Assembly: GCA_047150005.1 (NCBI GenBank)
Contig: AP038806.1
Coordinates: 896,001 to 960,000, forward strand
DNA: 64,000 nucleotides
Direction: 5' to 3'
From: Nitrospira sp.
Lineage (GTDB): Bacteria > Nitrospirota > Nitrospiria > Nitrospirales > Nitrospiraceae
Shown here: piece after piece, positions 52,938 through 60,668 of the stretch
Layout: each line of letters starts with the position of its first letter
Numbering within the stretch: position 1 is the stretch's first letter
Program-made: the position numbers and the translations under genes
Notes under the pieces: generated by a model
Database searches by the model: none
What the model saw: the letters and a program-made list of their open reading frames with translations, nothing else
Told to the model about the DNA's origin: nothing

Positions 52938-54152
52938 ATGGAGGAATGGAGACGGATCCTCGCTGACAGCATCGTCAAGCCGAAGGATCTCGCCGATCGC
53001 TTCGGCCTCGATGCCAAGGAGATCGAAGACATCGTCGGCCCCTATCCCATGCGGATCACGCCCACGGTGTTGAACACCATCCGGGCGAAAGACGACGCGA
53101 TCTGGAAACAGGTCATCCCGGACGCGGCCGAACTGGCCGACATCGACGCGGAGGACGACCCGCTCGAAGAAGACCTCATGAGCCCGGTGCCGCACCTGGT
53201 GCACCGGTATCCGGACCGTGTGCTCCTCATGGTGACCAATCAATGCCCGATCTACTGCCGCTTCTGCACGCGCAAGCGCCTGGTCGGCAAACCCGGGTTT
53301 CTCAAGAAAGGCGAACTGGATCGGGCCGTCGCCTACCTGCGCGCTCATTCGGAAGTACGGGATGTCATCCTCTCCGGCGGCGATCCGTTGCTGTTGCCGG
53401 ACCACCTGCTCGAACGCATCTTGAAGGCGCTCCGGACGATCCCGCATCTGGAGTTGATCCGCATCGGCTCCCGGGTGCCCGGCACGCTCCCCGAGCGGAT
53501 CACGCCGGCCCTGTGCGAGATCGTGAAGCGATATCATCCGATCTACATGAATCTGCACTTCAACCATCCCGACGAGTTGACCCCGGCGGTCAAGGCGGCC
53601 TGCGGCCGTCTGGCCGACGCGGGGGTTCCGCTGGGCGCCCAAACCGTGCTCCTCAAGGACGTCAACGACGATCCGGAAATCATGCGTCGCCTCGTCCATC
53701 AATTGCTGCTGGCCCGGGTGAAACCGTATTATCTCTACCAGGCGGACCTGACCAAAGGCACGAATCATTTTCGCACCACGGTCGAGACGGGGTTGAACAT
53801 CATCAAGACGCTTCAAGGCCACACCAGCGGAATGGCCGTGCCGCACTTCGTGATCGACGCGCCGGGCGGCGGCGGCAAGATTCCGTTGCTCCCGGACGAC
53901 TATCTGGTCCGCTTGAACGACGACGAGGCCGTGCTCCGCAACTACGAGAACAAGAGCTTCCGCTATCCGCAGCCGAAAGAGGCGGGGGGCTCCTTCGACA
54001 TGGCTCGGGACAGACGCGAATTGCCGATGGTCGGCGCGCGCGCCTCATCTCAGGACACGACCGACATCTTCGCGACCTGCGGCGACAGCTATCTCGATCG
54101 CGACGGCTATGCCGCGTGGGGCAACAGCTGCGGCGGCGATATGGACGACTAA
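52938..54152 (+). CDS. KamA-family radical SAM protein (lysine 2,3-aminomutase-like)
   Basis: HRYPDRVL, CPIYCRFCTR, SGGDPL, HFNHPDE, DAPGGGGK. Confidence 0.92.
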   Translation: MEEWRRILADSIVKPKDLADRFGLDAKEIEDIVGPYPMRITPTVLNTIRAKDDAIWKQVIPDAAELADIDAEDDPLEEDLMSPVPHLVHRYPDRVLLMVTNQCPIYCRFCTRKRLVGKPGFLKKGELDRAVAYLRAHSEVRDVILSGGDPLLLPDHLLERILKALRTIPHLELIRIGSRVPGTLPERITPALCEIVKRYHPIYMNLHFNHPDELTPAVKAACGRLADAGVPLGAQTVLLKDVNDDPEIMRRLVHQLLLARVKPYYLYQADLTKGTNHFRTTVETGLNIIKTLQGHTSGMAVPHFVIDAPGGGGKIPLLPDDYLVRLNDDEAVLRNYENKSFRYPQPKEAGGSFDMARDRRELPMVGARASSQDTTDIFATCGDSYLDRDGYAAWGNSCGGDMDD

Positions 54153-55306
54153 TGACCGCGGCTTCGGCTCAGGGCATCCTGCCCTACCAACAGATCACGC
54201 GATTGATCACCGGGGGCAGCATCACCGCGCCCCTTCCGATCGAGGACCGGCAGATTCAACCGGCCAGCCTCGACCTCCGCCTGGGCAAGAAAGCCTATCG
54301 GTTGATCAGCAGTTTCCTGCCCGAGTTGTCGCCCATTTCCAGCCGCCTCGACGTGATGGACTTCTACCACTCCGACCTCGTGATGTACGAGATGGACCTG
54401 AGCGGGGGCGCGATCCTCGAGAAAGGCCATGTCTATCTCGTGCCGCTGTTGGAATCTCTCACGCTGCCGAAGACGCTGCGGGCACGGGCCAACCCCAAGA
54501 GCACCACCGGCCGGCTCGACGTGTTCACACGCATCGTCACCGACCTCAACACCGGCTTCGACGAGATCCGAGCCGGTTATCACGGCCCCCTGTTCCTTGA
54601 AGTGGTGCCTCGTTCGTTCGCCATCAAAGTCAAGACCGGGCAGAGCCTCAACCAGATTCGTTTCATCCGCGGCGAGGCGACGGCGCCCGACGCGGCGCTT
54701 CAGCGCCTGCACCGGCAGGAGCCGCTGCTCTATCACAACATGCCCAAGCGCAAGGCCGTGGCCGCCAGGGAATTCCGCACCGATCACGGTCTGTTCCTCC
54801 GCATCGACCTCAAGGGAGAGGAGCGAACGGGCGATGTCGTCATCGGCTATCGGGCGAAAAAAAACAGCCATGTCATCGACCTCTCCAAGGTCGGCTACTA
54901 TGCGGCCGCCGACTTCTGGGAACCCCTGCACCGGCACCGCCAGGACAGCCTGCTGCTGGAGCCGGAGGAGTTCTATATTCTGGCCTCCAAAGAGCGCATC
55001 TGTGTCCCGCCGGATTATGCGGCCGAAATGGTGGCCTACGAAGCGGCGTGCGGCGAACTGCGCACCCACTATGCCGGCTTTTTCGATCCGGGCTTCGGAT
55101 ACGGAGCCGACGGCGAAATCGCCGGCACGCAGGTCGTGTTGGAGGTGCGCCCCCACGACGTACCCTTCCTGATCCACGACGGCCAGACCTTCTTCAAGGT
55201 CATCTATGATCGCATGATCGACGTGCCGAACCGCCTCTACGGCGTCGGCCTGGGCTCGTCCTATCAGCAACAGGCCCTCACCCTTAGCAAGCATTTCAAG
55301 GTATAG
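54152..55306 (+). CDS. dcd: dCTP deaminase (long two-domain type)
   Basis: IQPASLDLRLG, ANPKSTTGRLD, HYAGFFDPGFG. Confidence 0.9.
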   Translation: MTAASAQGILPYQQITRLITGGSITAPLPIEDRQIQPASLDLRLGKKAYRLISSFLPELSPISSRLDVMDFYHSDLVMYEMDLSGGAILEKGHVYLVPLLESLTLPKTLRARANPKSTTGRLDVFTRIVTDLNTGFDEIRAGYHGPLFLEVVPRSFAIKVKTGQSLNQIRFIRGEATAPDAALQRLHRQEPLLYHNMPKRKAVAAREFRTDHGLFLRIDLKGEERTGDVVIGYRAKKNSHVIDLSKVGYYAAADFWEPLHRHRQDSLLLEPEEFYILASKERICVPPDYAAEMVAYEAACGELRTHYAGFFDPGFGYGADGEIAGTQVVLEVRPHDVPFLIHDGQTFFKVIYDRMIDVPNRLYGVGLGSSYQQQALTLSKHFKV

Positions 55307-55320
55307 TGCAAGGTAGAACC

Positions 55321-55734
55321 ATGGCACCGACCGATCTCCCGACCCATCAATCTGACGACCAGCCATCCCGTCCCGACAACGGGCGCCGGCATGAGCAGGA
55401 CAGCGGCAGCGACACGCAACTGCACGTGGTCGGCGTCATGATCGGCACCGCGCTCATGTTCATCGGCTTTCTGAACATATTCCTGTCGATCAGCGGCGGC
55501 TTCGAGATCAACGTGGTGCCATTCCTGATCTACTTCGGAGGGCTCGCCGTATGGGCCAATGCCGCCATCGAGCTTCCCATGCTCCGGTACGGCGTGATCG
55601 CCTGCGCCCTCGCCTTGGCGCTCGCATTCTTCCACTATGGAGAGGTGCTGTTCTGGCACAAGCAGGTCGTATTCTGGGCCACGGTGGTGATCGTCATGTA
55701 TTTCATGTTCAATGAGCCGAAAAAGCCCGCGTGA
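55321..55734 (+). CDS. Hypothetical membrane protein
   Basis: Four hydrophobic segments; operon position. Confidence 0.7.
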   Translation: MAPTDLPTHQSDDQPSRPDNGRRHEQDSGSDTQLHVVGVMIGTALMFIGFLNIFLSISGGFEINVVPFLIYFGGLAVWANAAIELPMLRYGVIACALALALAFFHYGEVLFWHKQVVFWATVVIVMYFMFNEPKKPA

Positions 55735-56479
55735 GAGCGGCGCGCCTTCTGACGTGCCCTCGGACCCACCCCCGTCCATTTCGGTCATCATCCCGACTCT
55801 CAACGAAGCTGAGACGATCCGCGATACGTTGCTCGCCACGGCCTGTCTCGGCTTCCGGGAGATCATCGTCGTCGACGCCGGCAGCACCGATCGTACGAGA
55901 GACATCGTGGCCGAGACGACATCCGATCTTCGCCGAACGGGATCGGCCGCAGTCCTCCTTCTAACCTCCATGCCGGGACGCGCCGTTCAGCTCAATACCG
56001 GCGCGCAGGCGGCCGGCGGCGAGGTCCTGCTCTTTCTCCACGCGGACACCCGCCTTCCATCACAGGCCAAGATCTCCATCGAAACGGCTCTGGCGGGTCG
56101 TCCGGCCGTCGGGGGCCGGTTCGACGTGCAATTTGACATCCCCTCCGGTTGGGGCTATGTGATCAGCGCACTGATGAACCTGCGCTCGCGCCTGACCCGT
56201 ATCTCCACCGGCGATCAGGCCCTGTTCGTGCGCAAGGCGGTATTCGAAGAGGTGGGCGGCTTTCCCGAGATCCCGCTGATGGAGGACATCGAATTCAGCG
56301 CCAGATTGAAGCGCCGCGGACGAATCGTCGCGTTGCGCGACGTCGTCACCACGTCGTACCGGCGGTGGCGGCGGCGCGGCCCGCTGAGAACGATCACGCT
56401 GATGTGGATCCTCCGATTCCTGTATTGGGCCGGCGTCAATCCGCACCGTCTCGCGCGCTGGTATCCAGCAGTGCGATGA
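55712..56479 (+). CDS. GT2 glycosyltransferase, TIGR04283-like
   Basis: ISVIIPTLNEA, LFLHADT, GDQALFV, PLMED. Confidence 0.88.
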   Translation: MSRKSPRESGAPSDVPSDPPPSISVIIPTLNEAETIRDTLLATACLGFREIIVVDAGSTDRTRDIVAETTSDLRRTGSAAVLLLTSMPGRAVQLNTGAQAAGGEVLLFLHADTRLPSQAKISIETALAGRPAVGGRFDVQFDIPSGWGYVISALMNLRSRLTRISTGDQALFVRKAVFEEVGGFPEIPLMEDIEFSARLKRRGRIVALRDVVTTSYRRWRRRGPLRTITLMWILRFLYWAGVNPHRLARWYPAVR

Positions 56480-56493
56480 ATGGGGGCTGAGGA

Positions 56494-56530
56494 AGTGCTG
56501 AGCCCTGAGTGCTGAGTTGTGAGTAATGAA
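56494..56530 (+). repeat. Heptamer tandem repeats (AGTGCTG family)
   Basis: agtgctgagccctgagtgctgagttgtgagtaatgaa. Confidence 0.7.
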
Positions 56531-57294
56531 TGATGGGAAAGCCATCGGACATCCGTCCCGGGTCACAGGTTGTACAGGCCGAGAACGCCCTGGTCATTTT
56601 CGCCAAGGCTCCCATCGCCGGAGAGGTCAAGACTCGCCTCTGCCCGCCCCTGACGCATGACGAAGCGGCGACGCTGCACGGCAGCTTCGTGCTGGACATG
56701 CTGGAGCGGACCAAGGCCGCTATGGAGCGCTGGAAGCTCCCGTTCGATCGCTATCTCGCCTGCGCTCCATCGTCCCAACACGTCTTCTTCAAGATTCTGG
56801 AGGAGCGGCATCGCGTACGCCTGATCGATCAGCTCGGGGCCGATCTCGGCGCACGCATGCGTGAAGCCTGCAGTGCGACGTTCGACCGCGGGCACAAACG
56901 TCTCGTCCTGGTGGGGACCGACGTGCCCACCCTGCCGCTGGAGCATTACCGGAAGGCGGCGGCGCTGCTGGAAGGGCATGACGTCGTGCTGGGTCCCGCA
57001 TGGGACGGGGGATACTATCTGCTGGGATTGTCCAAGCGGGCAGACGGACTGTTCGACGACATCCCCTGGTCCGCCGATCGTGTCTTCCGGCTGACCTGCG
57101 AGAGAGCCGAATCCCTGGGCCTTCGCGTCGCCTGTCTGCCGGAATGGCGCGACGTCGATACGATCGACGATCTGATTATGCTCATCGAGGCCGGCGCCCG
57201 CGACATGACCCTGCCGAAGGCGGAGCGACAGTTCTCCGCCCGCACCGCCGGAACGCTGCAACTGCTCGCCAAACGGATTCGATCACGGGCATAA
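56530..57294 (+). CDS. TIGR04282/DUF2064-like glycosyltransferase
   Basis: IFAKAP..GEVKTRL, DLGARM, GTDVP, GPAWDGGYYL, DVDT. Confidence 0.88.
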   Translation: MMGKPSDIRPGSQVVQAENALVIFAKAPIAGEVKTRLCPPLTHDEAATLHGSFVLDMLERTKAAMERWKLPFDRYLACAPSSQHVFFKILEERHRVRLIDQLGADLGARMREACSATFDRGHKRLVLVGTDVPTLPLEHYRKAAALLEGHDVVLGPAWDGGYYLLGLSKRADGLFDDIPWSADRVFRLTCERAESLGLRVACLPEWRDVDTIDDLIMLIEAGARDMTLPKAERQFSARTAGTLQLLAKRIRSRA

Positions 57295-57304
57295 TAGGCT
57301 CGCT

Positions 57305-58039
57305 ATGACTCATCGGGTCGCTCTCATCACCGGCGGGGCGAAAGGTATCGGACGCGGAATCGCGCTGGACCTTGCCGCGCAACAGTGGCATGTCGCCATT
57401 TGCTATCGTACAAGCGCGGCGGAAGCGGAGGAGACGGCCCGGGCCATCGAAGCACGGGGCGGCCGAGCCCTGACCCGTCGCTGCGACGTGTCCGATCCCG
57501 CGGCGGCCCGCGAGTTCGCCGCCACGGTCGAGAAGGAATGGGGACGCATCGATGCGCTGATCAACGGCGCCGGCCCCTACCATCGCGTGAACCTGTTCGA
57601 GGAGACGGTCGAGGGCTGGAACGAGATGTTCGACGGCAATCTCCATCCCATCTTCTACCTCGCACAGGCGATCGCTCCAGGCATGAAAGCCAGAAAGTAC
57701 GGCCGCATCATCACCTTCAGCATGGCGAACACGGAGCAAATGGTCTCGCAACCGGACGTCACCGCCCACTATATCGCCAAGGCGGGCGTCCTCATGCTGA
57801 CCAGGACGCTGGCAAAACTCTTGGCGCCACACGGCATCACGGTCAACGCCATCTCGCCCGGCTTCATCGACTCCGGCAGCGCGCCTCCGGAAGAACTGGC
57901 GGGCATGGCCAAACGGATTCCGGCGGGGCATATCGGCACCGTCGGCGATATCGTGGCCGCCGTCCGTTTTCTGCTGAGCGACGAAGCCCGGTACGTCAAC
58001 GGAGCCAACGTTCAGATCAGCGGAGCCTGGGGAATTTAG
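57305..58039 (+). CDS. SDR-family oxidoreductase
   Basis: TGGAKGIG, YIAK (YxxxK), VNAISPG. Confidence 0.92.
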   Translation: MTHRVALITGGAKGIGRGIALDLAAQQWHVAICYRTSAAEAEETARAIEARGGRALTRRCDVSDPAAAREFAATVEKEWGRIDALINGAGPYHRVNLFEETVEGWNEMFDGNLHPIFYLAQAIAPGMKARKYGRIITFSMANTEQMVSQPDVTAHYIAKAGVLMLTRTLAKLLAPHGITVNAISPGFIDSGSAPPEELAGMAKRIPAGHIGTVGDIVAAVRFLLSDEARYVNGANVQISGAWGI

Positions 58040-58111
58040 GATGGAAGCAGTTCAATGTGCGCAACATCAAACCACGTCGGATGCCCCGACAGGGACAGGA
58101 GGGACACGTAC

Positions 58112-58516
58112 ATGAAGACCGAGCAGGAGCGGTCGGCTCACCGCCGGTTCGTGCAGGCGCTGCAACACGAACATCTGACCTGTGCCCGTCCGGACTGCGG
58201 AGGCCCGATGGACGTGACCGATCTGACCGCGCACCATGCCGGCGTGAAGACGTATCAGGCCGAATGCGAACGGTGCCATACCGTCGAGTCCATCACCGGC
58301 GAGCCGCAAACTTCTCCCTCCTGGGACGTCGCCTCGATCACCATGATGGCCGAGATGCACCTGCTGCACGATCAACCGACCTGCCCTTTCGACGATACCC
58401 CCATTACCTTCACTTCCATGCCCAATCCCAGACGCAAAGCGCGGTACCGCCTTTCCTGCTTTTATTGCGGCAGACATACGGAGATGAACTGGCCCCCTCC
58501 CGAAGCCAAACGGTAA
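58112..58516 (+). CDS. Hypothetical Cys-rich (Zn-ribbon-like) protein
   Basis: CARPDC, CERC, CPFD, CFYC; GGAGG upstream. Confidence 0.7.
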   Translation: MKTEQERSAHRRFVQALQHEHLTCARPDCGGPMDVTDLTAHHAGVKTYQAECERCHTVESITGEPQTSPSWDVASITMMAEMHLLHDQPTCPFDDTPITFTSMPNPRRKARYRLSCFYCGRHTEMNWPPPEAKR

Positions 58517-58602
58517 AACCGCAACGTTCTCTCCCTGGACTGTCTACCTTTCCAGGGAGCGTACACTTCCCCGTTCGTCATGGACTCATGTTTGGAAATT
58601 CC

Positions 58603-58629
58603 GTCATTCCCGCGAACGCGGGATTCCAG
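58603..58629. repeat. REP-like palindrome, copy 2
   Basis: gtcattcccgcgaacgcgggattccag, 24/27 to 12409-12435. Confidence 0.7.
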
Positions 58630-58637
58630 GCCAAATT

Positions 58638-58883
58638 TCAAAGAATCCCTTCCCCCCGCCCTTCGCCCACGCCGGAGGAGGAACGCCCGTTTTGAACCGG
58701 CCCAAATTCCCAAACGCGCACTGATTTGCCTCGGGCGCGCAAGACCGGTGCGGCCATCTGTTGCATCCGGATGACAGCCCGCACTTTTTCCGGAAACGGC
58801 AACGCCGCAAGTTTCTTCCGCCGTTGTTGTTTGGCACGAAACAACGTTTCAATCTCGGGTTTCAAGCGGTCCATTCTTTCCAC
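58638..58883 (-). CDS. Small hypothetical protein (antitoxin-like)
   Basis: LFRAKQQRRKKLAALPFPEKVRAVIRMQ; overlaps the upstream fragment. Confidence 0.5.
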   Translation of the reverse strand: MERMDRLKPEIETLFRAKQQRRKKLAALPFPEKVRAVIRMQQMAAPVLRARGKSVRVWEFGPVQNGRSSSGVGEGRGEGIL

Positions 58884-59040
58884 TTCCCTTCCAGTTGATG
58901 CCGGCGGAGAATTTCGCTGAGATACTCTGAGTCCAGATCAGCCTCTTCTTGCAGAATCCGCACCCGCTCGCGATCCTTCGCCCGCCCTGTCTGAAGGCAG
59001 ATGGCCACGAGATGCTCCGCCCGGAGCACTTTTTCGCCCA
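58862..59040 (-). pseudogene. 3' fragment of a nucleotidyltransferase-like gene
   Basis: VLRAEHLVAICLQTGRAKDRERVRIL; 5' part replaced by a repeat element. Confidence 0.55.
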
Positions 59041-59045
59041 GAAAA

Positions 59046-59114
59046 AGATTCCCGGCACCTTTCTCTGCCTGAGTGACGTAGAAAACCAGAATGTCCCCCC
59101 GTTTTTTCTCCCCT
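59046..59114. repeat. About 68-bp element, copy 1 (29-bp identical core 59070-59098)
   Basis: tgagtgacgtagaaaaccagaatgtcccc is identical to 59796-59824; partial third copy (cccggtacctttt) near 59170. Confidence 0.85.
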
Positions 59115-59215
59115 GAATACCTTTTCAGTCCCTCGCTCATCTCGGTGTCGACTATCACAAGAAAAAACACCCGGTACCTTTTCCGGTTCCGTCGCCTGAT
59201 TAACAAGCCATCCAT

Positions 59216-59431
59216 TCAGCGCAGCTTCCGATAGACCTCTCGTCTATGGCGGATGTAGTGAATCGTAATCTTGGCAAGCTCACGGTCGACTTCGTAGACA
59301 ACACGATAGTCTCCGACGCGAAGCCGATAGAGCCGCTCCGCACCATGGAGTTTGACGGATTGAGAAGCGAATGGATCACTTGGTAAGCGGTCGATTCGAT
59401 CGAGAAGGCGGGACGCTACTGCCGACTGATC
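59216..59431 (-). pseudogene. RelE/ParE toxin fragment lacking its start
   Basis: Own translation: DPFASQSVKLHGAERLYRLRVGDYRVVYEVD...IRHRREVYRKLR*. Confidence 0.8.
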
Positions 59432-59591
59432 CTTCCTGCCGTCGTTCTGCCACCATCGCCAGATCGTGAAGATCTTCCATCAGCTGCGAGAACCGCCTTA
59501 GGGACAGGACCACTCCCGTCCTTTTTCCCGCGCGGTTCGTCACGTAACGTCCCTTCGTAGGAGTCGTCTTCGAAGATCGTTTCGCAAGCAT
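59432..59591 (-). pseudogene. Antitoxin, 3'-truncated
   Basis: GGAGG RBS; YVTNRAGKRTGVVLSLRRFSQLMEDLHDLAMVAERRQE, then runs into mid-relE. Confidence 0.65.
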
Positions 59592-59769
59592 GGATAACCA
59601 CCTCCACGGACTCACTATCAGCCAAATTCCTGGCCTGAGTATATCAGACTTGGCTCAATAAACGCATGCAGATCCGTCGAGAGGAAACTCGTTTCAGGCA
59701 GGTAAATGGCGGTATTTTGCCATGTGTCACTCGTAAGGATGCCCACCGCTCTTTCTGTGCAGCGGAAAC

Positions 59770-59836
59770 AGACTCCCGGTACCTTTTCGGGTTCTTGAGT
59801 GACGTAGAAAACCAGAATGTCCCCGTTTTTCCCCCT
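59770..59836. repeat. About 68-bp element, copy 2
   Basis: Same core and cccggYaccttt flank as 59046-59114. Confidence 0.85.
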
Positions 59837-59930
59837 CCGCGTCATAGGTGAGCCAGACGGCGTGCTGCGGCGCTCGGCTTACGGCCGGAATCAGTTTTAA
59901 GTATTCCTGAATGTCTGCGAGAATAACGTC
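59837..59930 (-). pseudogene. DUF2283-like N-terminal fragment
   Basis: ADIQEYLKLIPAVSRAPQHAVWLTYDAE, cut at the repeat. Confidence 0.55.
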
Positions 59931-59959
59931 TTGTTTGCCCCTGTCCGGCCGGCGATTCG

Positions 59960-60295
59960 TCACTCGACAGTCCACCGGCCGTGCGCCTTGATCGCATCGT
60001 ACATGGCATCGGGAGCCAGATCGGCGCCATTGGTCCATTGCACGGCGCCCATTACCACCCTCACCTGACTGAAGACGCTTGGGTCGCGGAGTGGCTCAAA
60101 CACCGTTCCTGTCGTCTGAGGACCACTCAGAAAGTTCCGCATGTCCACCTCACCCGTGGTGTCATCGACAAACGCAACCCGTAACGAGAACTCGGGCATC
60201 GCGCTCACGGAAACAACCCGCCAAGGCACAACATGCCGGATGGCCGGTTCTACGTCAGAGGGTCGATCGGTTTTGGAGTTTTGAGTTGGCTGCAT
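59960..60295 (-). CDS. DUF2442-family protein
   Basis: LRVAFVDDTTGEVD, VFEPLRDP..F, WTNGADLAPD.MY. Confidence 0.85.
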   Translation of the reverse strand: MQPTQNSKTDRPSDVEPAIRHVVPWRVVSVSAMPEFSLRVAFVDDTTGEVDMRNFLSGPQTTGTVFEPLRDPSVFSQVRVVMGAVQWTNGADLAPDAMYDAIKAHGRWTVE

Positions 60296-60510
60296 AAATT
60301 CCAGTCCTCCATCAGTTCGTCTCGATGATCGGTCGCCCATTCCAGGACAAGCGCCATGGCACGACGGGGCAGCGTTCCTCGCAAGACGCGTAAATCGCGC
60401 ACATCGAAAACCGCCTCGTGCTCGCCATAAAGCGCATGGAAATGCGGTGGATTGTGATCTCGCCAAAACATTTGAATCACGATGCCATAGAAAACACTGA
60501 TCGTCGGCAT
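60250..60510 (-). CDS. DUF4160-family protein
   Basis: MPTISVFYGIVI, DHNPPHFHA.YG, ELMEDW. Confidence 0.9.
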   Translation of the reverse strand: MPTISVFYGIVIQMFWRDHNPPHFHALYGEHEAVFDVRDLRVLRGTLPRRAMALVLEWATDHRDELMEDWNLCSQLKTPKPIDPLT

Positions 60511-60668
60511 GGACAGCCCCTACTCCGATCTGGATCTTGGTCAAGTACCTTCCAACCCTAGGTTCTGCTGCCCCGGCTGGGCCGGAGCTTTATGCAGAAT
60601 AGGTTCACCATGCTTGCTTTTCAAGGCAGTGGCCATCCCCTTCCCCGTCTCTTGCCACGGCATCAAAC

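Noticed and set aside
53243..54151. Apparent N-terminal extension making a 687-aa dCTP deaminase
   Set aside because: Overlaps the KamA-like gene in another frame; the ATG at 54152 overlaps the KamA stop and is the likelier start
55712..57294. Complete arsenosugar or seleno-metabolite pathway
   Set aside because: Only the two glycosyltransferase-like genes are present; partner enzymes are not seen in the window
59046..59836. CRISPR array from the 29-bp repeats
   Set aside because: Only two full copies about 730 bp apart, no regular spacers, no cas genes
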